From an uncultured archaeon (GTDB lineage: Archaea > Asgardarchaeota > Thorarchaeia > Thorarchaeales > Thorarchaeaceae), in the NCBI GenBank assembly GCA_964631415.1, contig CAZVZC010000005.1, positions 18,084 through 82,083 on the forward strand: a stretch of DNA of 64,000 nucleotides. The letters run 5' to 3'. Each line of letters starts with the position of its first letter. Position 1 is the stretch's first letter. Shown here piece by piece: positions 28,790 through 39,062 of the stretch. A model generated the notes under the pieces. It ran no database searches and was not told the DNA's origin. It was given only the letters and a program-made list of their open reading frames with translations. The position numbers and the translations under genes are program-made.

Positions 28790-30613
28790 CTAGAGGACTG
28801 TTACTGATTTGGCAAGGTTGCGTGGCTTGTCAGGATCGTATCCTTTCCTCAATGCAACATAGTAGCTGAACAGCTGAAGGGGCACAACAAAGGGTATCGT
28901 TGAGAACTCTGGTTCCACACCTGTCTGTATCTCGAAGTACTGACTGGAGAGACCGCAGATTTCCTCGTCCCCTCTCTCAGCAACAGAAAGTATCGATGCG
29001 CCTCTCGCCTTCATCTCCATGATATTTCCAATCATACGGCTCCTAGTCCCATCTCTAGGTACTACGAAGACCACCGGATAGCTGTCTTGGACCAGCGCAA
29101 TAGGACCGTGCTTAGATTCACCAGCAGAATACCCCTCTGCATGATTGTACGCTATCTCCTTCAGCTTCAAGGCTCCCTCTTTCGCAGTTGCTACTGAAAC
29201 ACCACGGCCCAGAAAGAGGAAGCTTGGCCTGTCATAGTAGGTCGCGGCCAAAGTACGAGCACGTTCTTCATTCCTAGCTATGGTTTCAGAAACAATCTCG
29301 GGCAGCCTGAATAGACCTGCTCTCTTTTGAATGATAACATCATTCTCAATGAACTGCGTGGTTTCAGCCAAGGCTAAGGCAATTTGGGCTAAAGCTGTCA
29401 ATTGTACCAAGAACGTCTTCGTTGCAGCCACGCCGATTTCCGGCCCGGCCTGTGTGATGACTGAGTAGTCAGCGGTCTGTGTTATGGAGCTTCCGACAAC
29501 GTTTGTGATTGCAATGACTTTAGCTCCGAAACGCTTGGCATACTTGGCTGCCGAAATAGTGTCTGTCGTTTCTCCCGATTGAGTTATTGCAATCACGCAA
29601 TCACGTGCAGACAGTCTGCCATAGACCGTATCAGAGAAGTCACTTGCAAGCTCTGGTACGGGGAGTATCCCTGCTAGTGAACCGAACATGTGCTGTCCTG
29701 CTACAGCCGCATGGCCCGACGTACCCATAGCGATCATATACACCCTGTCCGCATCGCGGATCATCTCCGCTGCTTCGGCAATGACCTCTCTGCGAATTCT
29801 GAGAGTGTTCTTCACTGCGTCAGGCTGCTCATGTATCTCCTTGAGCATGAAATGGGGAAAACCCCCCTTCTGAGCTTGATCCGCAGTCCAACTGACCTTG
29901 ATTGCTTCGCGCTGTACCTTGGTCGCATCTGAGATCTTCTCTATCTCGACACCGTCTGCTGACAATGTCGCTATCTCACCATCTAGAAGGAGTATCATCT
30001 TGTTGGTCATGGGCAGAAAGGCCGGGATGTCTGAACTGATGTAGTGTACGCTCTCTTCCTCTCCGATGACAAGAGGGTTGCCGTCCCGCATTGCACACAT
30101 CTTGTCGGGTTCTCTCGTTGTCATAGCCACTACTGCATAAGTCCCCTCTATTCGTAATGCCACCTTCTTCATCGCAGTCTTGAGATCTTGACCCTGGTTC
30201 ATGAATTCCTCAATCATGTGAGGGATGACTTCTGTATCGGTGTCAGAGCTGAAGACGTGGCCTCTTGCGCTGAGCTCACTCCTGAGTTCGAGGAAATTGT
30301 CAATCACGCCGTTATGTACTACAGCTATCTGGTTATTGCAGTCAAAGTGTGGATGCGAGTTCAACATAGAGGGTATGCCATGAGTCGCCCATCTCGTGTG
30401 TCCAATTCCCATAGACCCCGGCAGATCGTCAAGGTTGAGCTTTCTATGCACCTCGTCAATGCTTCCTCTCTCCTTCTTCATGTAGAGATGACCGTCTGCA
30501 ACTGTCGTTATCCCAACGGAGTCATAACCCCTGTATTCGAGTCGTTTGAGTGCTTGGTGAAGAAAAGGAGCCACATCACCCCGTTTCTGCACGACGCCTA
30601 TTATCCCGCACAC
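28790..30613 (-). CDS. glmS: Glutamine--fructose-6-phosphate transaminase
   Basis: MCGIIG, EYRGYDS, GHTRWATHG, QSGET, EGALKLKE, PRNLAKSVTV. Confidence 0.98.
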   Translation of the reverse strand: MCGIIGVVQKRGDVAPFLHQALKRLEYRGYDSVGITTVADGHLYMKKERGSIDEVHRKLNLDDLPGSMGIGHTRWATHGIPSMLNSHPHFDCNNQIAVVHNGVIDNFLELRSELSARGHVFSSDTDTEVIPHMIEEFMNQGQDLKTAMKKVALRIEGTYAVVAMTTREPDKMCAMRDGNPLVIGEEESVHYISSDIPAFLPMTNKMILLLDGEIATLSADGVEIEKISDATKVQREAIKVSWTADQAQKGGFPHFMLKEIHEQPDAVKNTLRIRREVIAEAAEMIRDADRVYMIAMGTSGHAAVAGQHMFGSLAGILPVPELASDFSDTVYGRLSARDCVIAITQSGETTDTISAAKYAKRFGAKVIAITNVVGSSITQTADYSVITQAGPEIGVAATKTFLVQLTALAQIALALAETTQFIENDVIIQKRAGLFRLPEIVSETIARNEERARTLAATYYDRPSFLFLGRGVSVATAKEGALKLKEIAYNHAEGYSAGESKHGPIALVQDSYPVVFVVPRDGTRSRMIGNIMEMKARGASILSVAERGDEEICGLSSQYFEIQTGVEPEFSTIPFVVPLQLFSYYVALRKGYDPDKPRNLAKSVTVL

Positions 30614-30699
30614 AGTAGGAACCTCCGTCGGGTGTTCTCACACTTGAGCAGTGCCTAGTCACCTCTGAGGGGTAAGACCTGAGATAAGCATTGGGACGG

Positions 30700-31011
30700 C
30701 TAACCTGTGAGTTCAATCTCAATGTACACAGAATCCGGTATCTTCACACGCATTATCTGCCGGATGGCGCGCTCGTCTGCATCGATGTCAATCAGCCGCT
30801 TGTGAATCCTCATTTCCCATTTGTCCCAAGACTCAGAACCCTGTCCACACGGAGTCTTTCTTGTCGGAACAATCATCCGACGCGTGGGTAGGGGAATTGG
30901 ACCTGCCATCCTAACGCCTGTCTTGTGGGTGATTCGCTTAATCTGATTGCATACACCATCAAGGTACTCAGTGTTGGTACTTGATAGTCGAATCCTAGCT
31001 CTCTGAGTCAT
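30700..31011 (-). CDS. rpsJ: 30S ribosomal protein S10 (uS10)
   Basis: [26 protein letters not shown]. Confidence 0.98.
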   Translation of the reverse strand: MTQRARIRLSSTNTEYLDGVCNQIKRITHKTGVRMAGPIPLPTRRMIVPTRKTPCGQGSESWDKWEMRIHKRLIDIDADERAIRQIMRVKIPDSVYIEIELTG

Positions 31012-31271
31012 ACCGGCGTCAACCCCGCATTAGGAGGCTTCCGCAACAGCGACTTTCGATTGGGATAAAAACATTGTCTTGTGTGTGGCTGAAACGTTGC
31101 CAACGAACAGTCTATGAGCGCGATGCCGACTGCCGACCAAGCATAGTCGCCGGGCAGATGCATGATTGCTTGATGCTGTTAGATTCTTTCATGTCTAAGC
31201 GTGTAGTTGTGTACAAAGAAAGAGAATCTCCATAAGTGGGAGCCATCACAAACGCCTCTTGGGTGCACGTA

Positions 31272-32066
31272 TTGGATAGCCTGACTGTAGTCAAACTCGG
31301 TGGTTCGGTCATTACTCACAAGGATTCCAGTCCGCCGATGGTAAACACTGAAGCAATCCTACGCATAGTTCGAGAGTTGAAAGCCCGCAGAGGTAAACTG
31401 ATTGTTGTACTCGGCGGCGGGGCATATGGTCATCAGCCAGCCTATCTATACGGTTTTGGTGATCCAAGCACTCCCAAGGAACGTCTGCTAGCAGGTGTTC
31501 CGGTAATTCGCCACAACATGACTCTCCTCTCACTCGAAGTTGAGAAAGCAATGCAGGATGTAAGCATTCCTAGAGTCGTATTTTCGCCTTTCTCATCCAG
31601 TCTGTTGCACAACGGCTCAATAGTGGCCTTTCCGACAGGTCTCATTCAGAGGGCTCTGGAAGCGGGACTGATAGTCATGACACATGGTGATGTGTGCTTC
31701 GACGACATTACAGGCGCCTCAATCCTCAGTGGTGACACCATTCTAGTCTATCTTGCAAAAGCGCTGGGCGCTAAGTCTATCTACGTCGGCACAGACGTCG
31801 ACGGCGTATTCGAAGGAGATCCAAAGGAAGATCATGCTGCAAAACTCGTTCCGGTTATCAACAAGTCCAACAAGCAGCGCGTACTACTAGGTGTAGGTTC
31901 ATCAAGGGCTAAGGACGTCACGGGTGGCATGGCGAGGAAGGTGGGTGAGCTAATGGAGCTTGAGGATAGCAAACCTGAGATTGCAATCTTCAATCTATGT
32001 ATTCCCGGGCGCCTAGAGTCACTACTATCTGGCAAACCAGTAGTTTGCACAAGAATCACTTTCTGA
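31272..32066 (+). CDS. ipk: Isopentenyl phosphate kinase
   Basis: KLGGSVITHK, GGGAYGH, HGDV, ILSGD, DVTGGM. Confidence 0.9.
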   Translation: MDSLTVVKLGGSVITHKDSSPPMVNTEAILRIVRELKARRGKLIVVLGGGAYGHQPAYLYGFGDPSTPKERLLAGVPVIRHNMTLLSLEVEKAMQDVSIPRVVFSPFSSSLLHNGSIVAFPTGLIQRALEAGLIVMTHGDVCFDDITGASILSGDTILVYLAKALGAKSIYVGTDVDGVFEGDPKEDHAAKLVPVINKSNKQRVLLGVGSSRAKDVTGGMARKVGELMELEDSKPEIAIFNLCIPGRLESLLSGKPVVCTRITF

Positions 32067-32133
32067 TAAATGGAAGGAAGTAGATGGTTCGACAGAAGTA
32101 AGTTCCTGCACAATCACCCCTGATTCACAGTCA

Positions 32134-35100
32134 TCACTTTCCATCACATCCTATGACTGCCTGGGCCTCCTCAAATTCGTAGGCCACGAGGTTTGGAGGT
32201 TTTACAGCATCTTCATTCAGATATTCTGCGGCTGTCAATACACACACTGTCTGGGTGGACTTGCAGACGTTACAGACCGGGTCGTTGACAGACTGCAGAA
32301 GTGCATTGAGTTCCTGCTGGCTCGGAAAGACAATGTACGACTTCCTATCGGCACAGAGGTTGTAGTGACCATGATTTCGCAAAACCCGATCACTTGATTT
32401 GACAAGCTCTGCTTCAAGAGCCGCCACAGCCCTCTCCCTCAGCTCTACAATCTTTGAACCGCTGACGGCCCAAAGCCCTTCTTCGAGGTCCTGAAACACT
32501 TCCTTGTCCTTCACTCTCAATGCAACCAGCTTCTCATCCACCAGTAGCTCAGTCAGTGCCCGTCTTCCCTCATCTTCACTCATAGGAATCGATCTGCTTC
32601 TGACAGACTGGATTGCCGTTGTCTGGATGAAATCCAAGAGCGTGTTCCACCGAACTTGGCCCCCTGACAATTCCACAAAGTCTTGAATCGTTCCGAACCA
32701 CAAACGCGTCTGAACTGCAGAAGCCGAAGATGGAATCTGCTCATGCATCACGTTTCTCAGATGCCTATCCACAGGCCTGTCGACCATATCAACAGTGCTG
32801 ATCTCGCTTCGTCCGTCCGCATGTTTCTTCCTTCTCTTGAGCTGGGCTTGTACCATGCTCTCGAGAGAGCTTGGAAACGCAGACACGACAGTGACAGAGT
32901 CGAAGTCTTCACTGGCATCCATAAGTTCTCTCAAACGTGTGGCGGCAACACTTCCTCTTACAACGACGTAGAGCTCAGCAATTCCATTTCCCAAGCAATT
33001 CATACGATGTCGAATCCAGTCAAGCGTGCTCTCCATTGACGAAGCTTTCAAATGCTCAGGGATTATCACTACTGCCTTATCCTCTATCACAATATCTGGC
33101 TCATCAGTAGACGTCTTTTCGGAAGTGGCCATCTTTCCAAGTGCCTTCAATATGTGCTGGGCGATGGCCTGCCTTACAGCCTCTAATCCCTTCCCGGGCA
33201 GTGTGAACAAGAAACCTCCAGAAACCAACGGCAGCGACTCCCGTTCGATTGTTCCCAGACAAATAAGGTCGTGAATCAACTCCGTTGTGTCCTCGTTTCT
33301 GATTCGTGGGTCTAATGTCGTCAGGAAATGCTGCAGTTCATCATCTGTAGCAGCCCTCTGTGATGCAAGAAATGCAACAACCCTATTTGCCAGTTCACCG
33401 AGCCTATCAAACACCAAGCACTGATGTACGTTCTCCTCTGAAGCACCCAACTCAGTTCCAGCGGCTTCTGACGCAGACGCGGGCAATACCGGGTATCTCT
33501 CCACACCACTGTGCTCATCACTCATGCTGTCCGCTACTGAATCGGTGACATCTGAAAGCTGATCATCTGGTGATAAACGGGACTGTGGTATCACGCTGAA
33601 TCGTGTTGTGACAATCTCAAAGGTTTCCGTCTGAGGCGTGACAATAAGTGCTCTTCCAACTTTCAGTATCCTAAGATAGCGCTCCTGCTCCTCGTTTAGG
33701 GACATGAACCTGCCCCCAACCGAGCTGTCGTATGGTAGTCGGAAAGTGATTTTTGTTGACGTGTTGGCCAGAATGTTGGAAGAAATGTTAGGCCTAGTTG
33801 AAACTACGATAACACCCTGTCCAGTTGCTCGCTGTAACATGACCATAGATTCACCAGTGGTAACGTCCGCAGCGGACTGTCGCGTATAGCTCTCCGGCAC
33901 AAGGTTGCTTGCCTCTTCCAAGACGACAACATGTACAAGTTCGGGGGTGATGCCACGGCGCATCGCACCATCGAAGATGCGCTTTGCAACGAGATTGTAA
34001 AGCAACCGCGCCGCATCCATCCCACCAACCCTTGCGACATATCGTAGGTCGAATATGACTCGCCTGTCAAGTAGAGCTGACATCTTAACAGCATTAGGTC
34101 CTCCGCAGAGTATCGATCCAAGTGGTTCACGCGAGAGTATCTCAAGGCGATTTAGCAGTGCATCTCTTGTCAGGCTTCCTGTGCGGTCATTGCCCGCAAG
34201 TTCATTAACTGTGTCAATCAATGCATCTACTGAGTTGCCCCGCCTGTCTTCCCTAGCAACCTTCAGAACAGACTCCCTTAGCAGCTTCTCCATTGCAGGC
34301 GAGAGTTCGGTTGATGTTCCCATCTCCTTAAGCAGTTCTCTGAGGATGGCGAATGTTGTGTATGCGTGTCTTTCACCTGTGTCCACTTCTGGGTCCATCA
34401 TGTCTATCACAAAAGAGGGATCCAATCCCGGGCGCAGAATCATGACTTCGTCGTTAATATCCACGAGGTCACTGTACTCTGACCCCTTAACGTCAAAGAT
34501 CCACCATGGCACATTGGTCTTGAGAGTCAATTCGGCCATCAGGTGTTTCACCAGAGTTGTCTTTCCCGTTCCCGTGGCTCCCATGACAGCAACATGCTCT
34601 CTCAGCCACTCCTTCTTCAAACCCACTCTGTTGAGCTGTCGTCCTCCATAGACGGTCCATCCAATGAAGAGTTCATTGTCGACTAGCTCTCTTGCCGGGA
34701 CTGGGAAGCTAGGTGTCTGTATGGCAGAAACAACTGGCACACTCTGCACTGGAGTGTTCACGAACGCGGCAAGTCTACCCACATGCAGTTTCCGGGGTTT
34801 GAAATGGCGTCTTGTAAGCAGTTTCCAAGCCATGCCTGTACCGACCCTCATGTCCCTTACGAGGACACGACTATCCCCACCCCAAATGGATATGGCAAGT
34901 CCCATCACCCCCTCCTGAGCCATCTTCAACTGAGTTGCGCTTGGGGCGCTCACAACGACATATACAGTTGAGTTGAACCAGCTTTCATTGCCCTGCACTT
35001 GTTCGTACTGATCCAAGAGGTTTTTTTTCGCGGCTTGATCGACCAGCGAGTCCTCTCGCTTTCGCTCTCTCTCGCGAATGGATCTCCACTGACCCTCCAT

Positions 35101-35958
35101 TTTCCTTCTCTCTCTGCCAGGTTTGGCACTGGAGAAGACACAGGTCAGACTCAAAGAAAACCCCTGTTTCAACGCGGTGGACAGGAAAGTGCCAACTTGC
35201 GATGATGAAGGTGAGGGTGCCACTCTAGGGGCACCAGTGAACACCATTAGCGATTTCTGGAGGTCGGCTTCACCGTGCAATCGACTCTCCAGCATTCCTT
35301 CCTCGACAACGGATTCGGCCGCTTTTCCCAGAGCATCGCCCCTCAATTGATGTAGTTCAAGATTGACTAGAGACGCCAGAAGGATTGCCTCTGTTCTCGT
35401 CGCCTCTCTCCTCAGGACTTGCATCATTTCTTCCAAGTGGCGACCGGTCATACTAATGAAAAACCTCAGAAACGGTTCTCCCTTAGCTAGTCCGGCCTCA
35501 TATGCCACCGTGACTCTGTGATCCATACCTGCGCGTAGAGCCAATAGCATCGCCGTATTGTACTTAGGTTTGTCATCGGGTCCACACTCCACCGATCCTG
35601 GTGCAGATGTGATTTCAAGACAGCACATCGCAATCAAACGGTTTCCTAGACAGACTACAAGGAACTCATCTTGCACTGAGGATGATATGCCTTCAACAAG
35701 AGTTCCTAGACATGCCAAGACTGCTCCTGCAGAGATTGGCACTCCACAGACCAGAATCTCTACCAGAAGTTTCGACGGAACAGTGGGCTGTTCGATGAAA
35801 CCGGCTAGTGGAAGCATGTAGACCACAATCAGATACAGGGCACATGCCACTGCTCCAAACGCATAGACTGTTCTAATCCAATGCCCACAATTCAACATGA
35901 TTCTATCTGCGATGTTTCTCCTGTTGTTTCCGGGTGTGCTAGTGCTCATCATAAGCAA
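32134..35958 (-). CDS. Membrane-anchored HerA/VirB4/FtsK-superfamily ATPase with long C-terminal extension
   Basis: Two N-terminal TM segments; HVAVMGATGTGKTT, IFDVKGSEY, VVVLEEA, GVIVVSTRP, NTSTKITF motifs. Confidence 0.88.
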   Translation of the reverse strand: MLMMSTSTPGNNRRNIADRIMLNCGHWIRTVYAFGAVACALYLIVVYMLPLAGFIEQPTVPSKLLVEILVCGVPISAGAVLACLGTLVEGISSSVQDEFLVVCLGNRLIAMCCLEITSAPGSVECGPDDKPKYNTAMLLALRAGMDHRVTVAYEAGLAKGEPFLRFFISMTGRHLEEMMQVLRREATRTEAILLASLVNLELHQLRGDALGKAAESVVEEGMLESRLHGEADLQKSLMVFTGAPRVAPSPSSSQVGTFLSTALKQGFSLSLTCVFSSAKPGRERRKMEGQWRSIRERERKREDSLVDQAAKKNLLDQYEQVQGNESWFNSTVYVVVSAPSATQLKMAQEGVMGLAISIWGGDSRVLVRDMRVGTGMAWKLLTRRHFKPRKLHVGRLAAFVNTPVQSVPVVSAIQTPSFPVPARELVDNELFIGWTVYGGRQLNRVGLKKEWLREHVAVMGATGTGKTTLVKHLMAELTLKTNVPWWIFDVKGSEYSDLVDINDEVMILRPGLDPSFVIDMMDPEVDTGERHAYTTFAILRELLKEMGTSTELSPAMEKLLRESVLKVAREDRRGNSVDALIDTVNELAGNDRTGSLTRDALLNRLEILSREPLGSILCGGPNAVKMSALLDRRVIFDLRYVARVGGMDAARLLYNLVAKRIFDGAMRRGITPELVHVVVLEEASNLVPESYTRQSAADVTTGESMVMLQRATGQGVIVVSTRPNISSNILANTSTKITFRLPYDSSVGGRFMSLNEEQERYLRILKVGRALIVTPQTETFEIVTTRFSVIPQSRLSPDDQLSDVTDSVADSMSDEHSGVERYPVLPASASEAAGTELGASEENVHQCLVFDRLGELANRVVAFLASQRAATDDELQHFLTTLDPRIRNEDTTELIHDLICLGTIERESLPLVSGGFLFTLPGKGLEAVRQAIAQHILKALGKMATSEKTSTDEPDIVIEDKAVVIIPEHLKASSMESTLDWIRHRMNCLGNGIAELYVVVRGSVAATRLRELMDASEDFDSVTVVSAFPSSLESMVQAQLKRRKKHADGRSEISTVDMVDRPVDRHLRNVMHEQIPSSASAVQTRLWFGTIQDFVELSGGQVRWNTLLDFIQTTAIQSVRSRSIPMSEDEGRRALTELLVDEKLVALRVKDKEVFQDLEEGLWAVSGSKIVELRERAVAALEAELVKSSDRVLRNHGHYNLCADRKSYIVFPSQQELNALLQSVNDPVCNVCKSTQTVCVLTAAEYLNEDAVKPPNLVAYEFEEAQAVIGCDGK

Positions 35959-36355
35959 ACTTCACGACCGCGCCACACTGTCGAATCATGATTCATCTGG
36001 GAATGCCAATTCCAAACACCCTGTGCCAGTGTCTGCAATTTGAACTCCCCCGCGACTCTTCCTCTGTCGACACATTGGCGTTCAGTTTTCAAGTGTTGTG
36101 ACTAACTGGAGTCGCTGTTCCGTTGGTCACGTGAACAGATTGGAGATGGCTAGTTTGCAATGGTTCTAGGAGGTTAAAAGACACGCTCCACTAACGAGAA
36201 AGCAGTGGATTGGATGAGAAACAGAGCCGTTTCCGAACAGGACATTGCCAGTTCAAGCGACGGACCAGTAATATCAATCCGATTCGTCAGAGGTACGCCC
36301 CGGACTCGATTGGGACCAAGGGGGCAAGACGACAAACCCTCCTGAGGCATGCTCA

Positions 36356-38320
36356 ATGAGGAATGAGTCTGTTCTTATTGGAGCTGCATTTGCCCTGATG
36401 CTCTTCATGTTTGTAGCCTGCACAGAAACAGCGTCTGCAGAAGAAGCGTCTATCTGTCGGGGTGACGTTGCAACCATCACCATTATCTTGCTCCAGAATG
36501 GCACCTATGGAAACCCTGTTTCCAACCAACCTGTGGAATTCTTCGATCAGACCCTTGATGTGTTCTTGGGTTTGGCCCTGACTGGTGTGGACGGGCACGC
36601 CCAGTTCGAATGGTCGCTACCATTAGACCATCCCCTTGGGCCGACCATCATTAATGCCACCTATCGTGGTAACGAAACCCTAGCACTCGCTCCTTCATTC
36701 CAATGGACATCGATTACTGTTCTCTCCCCAACAGAAATGGATATTCGAGTCGAACGGAGCGTTATCTTTCCCGGGGATGTCCTGCCATTCACAGTCCTAC
36801 TCTTGAACGATATGGACCTTCCACTGCCGTATGCACAACTCACTGTGTTTTGCAACAGAATGCCAGTCGTGTCCGGGGTAACGAACTCGTCCGGTTGGGC
36901 CCGGTTCACTGTACAGTGCAACGACTCATGGGCTTGTCTTGGAGAGAATGAAATCCGGGTTGTCTATGAACGAAACCTGACAGCCTTCAACGAGGCGGTA
37001 GCAGAGTCATTCATGATCACGATTGAGCAAGTTTCCACAAGCATCGAAGTTGCAGAGCCCCCTCCGGAGTCGTATGGGCTCAATGATACTCTGCTTACAG
37101 ATTTCATTCTAAAGTCCGACGATGGAACACTACCTGGGGCCAGACTTCAAGTTTCTCTGGACGGAGTTTCTCTTGCTGTTGTCTTGACTGATGAATCTGG
37201 TACGGCATATGTGTGCCTAATCATAGACGCCAGATTCAGTCTAGGTCCTCATACATTGACCATCGAATATCCGGGCAGTTCCCGATACGCTTCATGTTCA
37301 CGTGAGATATATGTCACCGTTTCAAGCATTGCAACTATTCAAGTCACTCTTCAAGAGCCTGTCATTATCAACACAGACAGCAACATCACCATTGAAATCG
37401 GGGATCTGTTCGGCCGTCCGATACCGAATGCTACCGTCATTCTACGGGACCTAGTTAGCAACGAAACCCTTGCCAATGCTGTCCCTGCTGGCAAGACCTC
37501 TGTAGGCTTCAGCCTCCGCATTGTAGGAAGAAGCGGAGCTAGGAGCTTTCTTGTCCGCATTATTGGAAACGAGCACATCATGAACAGGACTTATGCATTC
37601 AGTGCCTTTGTGTGGTCTCGTCCTGACTTGATACTAGTCAGAAGCACCATCAGGGGGTATGCTTCCCCCAATCAGCTGGTAACACTCGAGGTCAAGCTAT
37701 GCGACTCCCAAATGGCCTACACTGGCACACTTGTGGAAGCTTGTATAGACAATACAACAGTCGTTTCCCGTGCATTCACGAATAGTTCTGGCCTTGCGGT
37801 CATTCAGATCAAAGCTCCGCAGCTTGAAGGTCCGTTCGATACATGGATTGTCTACCGAGGCAATCTGACTGCCTTTAGAATGTCTAATGCTCTGCACTAT
37901 AGTTTCATCGTTAGCAGAACAGTCCCACTGGCGATTGAACTGTACCACTACGCAGTCATTTTGCCACTGCAACAGCTCGAGGTTGTCTTAATGGCTTGTG
38001 CTCTCAATGGATCCTTGCTAGAGGGGGTGACAATAAACTATGAATGGCTTTCCGTTCGAGGAAGCGCAGAGAGCACGCATGGTGGCTTGTCCCAACTGTA
38101 CCTGCCAGTACCTGGATATCCGGGTTCGTTCAATCTCTCCTACTGGACCGAATCCTCTTCATACATACTCTCATGTATCGGACACTTCGTCATCAATCTG
38201 AATGGAACTGAAGTTGCAGCGGCTCAAGGTGTCGGCATCACTGGTATGACAGCAAGCATATGCGTTTCACTAACACTGGTGGCTATACCAATCATCAGAA
38301 AGAGGTACCTGCTGGACTGA
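36356..38320 (+). CDS. Secreted, C-terminally anchored Ig-like repeat surface glycoprotein
   Basis: Signal peptide, repeated TxxxG.A and Y.G motifs, many N-x-S/T sequons, C-terminal TM plus RKRY. Confidence 0.85.
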   Translation: MRNESVLIGAAFALMLFMFVACTETASAEEASICRGDVATITIILLQNGTYGNPVSNQPVEFFDQTLDVFLGLALTGVDGHAQFEWSLPLDHPLGPTIINATYRGNETLALAPSFQWTSITVLSPTEMDIRVERSVIFPGDVLPFTVLLLNDMDLPLPYAQLTVFCNRMPVVSGVTNSSGWARFTVQCNDSWACLGENEIRVVYERNLTAFNEAVAESFMITIEQVSTSIEVAEPPPESYGLNDTLLTDFILKSDDGTLPGARLQVSLDGVSLAVVLTDESGTAYVCLIIDARFSLGPHTLTIEYPGSSRYASCSREIYVTVSSIATIQVTLQEPVIINTDSNITIEIGDLFGRPIPNATVILRDLVSNETLANAVPAGKTSVGFSLRIVGRSGARSFLVRIIGNEHIMNRTYAFSAFVWSRPDLILVRSTIRGYASPNQLVTLEVKLCDSQMAYTGTLVEACIDNTTVVSRAFTNSSGLAVIQIKAPQLEGPFDTWIVYRGNLTAFRMSNALHYSFIVSRTVPLAIELYHYAVILPLQQLEVVLMACALNGSLLEGVTINYEWLSVRGSAESTHGGLSQLYLPVPGYPGSFNLSYWTESSSYILSCIGHFVINLNGTEVAAAQGVGITGMTASICVSLTLVAIPIIRKRYLLD

Positions 38321-38328
38321 AATCCCAA

Positions 38329-38438
38329 TGGTGCTCCGGCCGGGATTCGAACCCGGGTCTGGGGATCGAGAGTCCCCAATGCTGGGCCGGACTACATTCG
38401 GCCGCACAACGAATCTGACTCGGTGCGTCTACCGGAGC
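38329..38438 (-). tRNA. tRNA-Glu(CTC) with 32-nt intron at 10/11 (38397-38428), CCA encoded
   Basis: Acceptor GCTCCGG/CCGGAGC, anticodon arm GGGGA-CTCTCGA-TCCCC, T-arm CCGGG-TTCGAAT-CCCGG; CGGU/GCCG helix with AG|A and AA|U bulges. Confidence 0.92.
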
Positions 38439-38692
38439 TTGGGCTGTGCCAGCCCGGAGCGGGCCATCACCCTCTACGAAGCAAATAAGGCTTTCTCTGC
38501 AAAGACGCGGTATTTTCGATTTGAGAGGGATGCTGGCAAAGAACTACGGTCTATCATTGAGCGAACCATGGATGGTTTCAGAGCACCAGCCACGTTTCCG
38601 ATTCGTTTCAACCTGGCTTGCTCACTTTCAATGACAGCCGATTGAATCCAAACATTCAAGCGGCCTCGATCTGCTTACCGTGACTGGGTGTA

Positions 38693-38899
38693 TCATGGAC
38701 CGAATAGCTGGGTGAGACTACTCCAGCTGTCTTGGAGGAGCTGAAGCAGACTGCTCACAACACCTTGTGCCCATCCTGTTGCCTCGAGGATGACTGCTAT
38801 TATGATGGAAACAGTGACCACAGCTAGACCAAGAAGCAGGCTCTCCTCTACCAAGGGTCCTCCAATCTCATTGTTCTTCAGCTCAGTCTGCTTCGTCAT
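38693..38899 (-). CDS. Flp/type IV-like small pilin
   Basis: Short leader KNNEIG then GPLVEE and a hydrophobic helix (class III-like signal); downstream of the TadA-like ATPase. Confidence 0.65.
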   Translation of the reverse strand: MTKQTELKNNEIGGPLVEESLLLGLAVVTVSIIIAVILEATGWAQGVVSSLLQLLQDSWSSLTQLFGP

Positions 38900-39062
38900 C
38901 TCACAAACCTATCCAAGGGTTCTCTTCGAGGCTATATTAAGTCCTCATGTTCTTGGCCCGGAGATAATGCGCCCTCTCAGCAAACCCTAACATACTCCAC
39001 CAGCACAACTTAGTGTGTCAAAGGCTGGCCAACCGTGTGCAAAGGCGACATTTGATGTCGTT

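Noticed and set aside
32134-38438. Integrated element at the tRNA-Glu 3' end carrying the ATPase and surface gene
   Set aside because: No integrase and no duplicated tRNA 3' end (att site) seen; composition resembles the flanks
38328-38645. ORF MVLRPGFEPGSGDRESP...
   Set aside because: Shadow translation of the antisense tRNA-Glu gene
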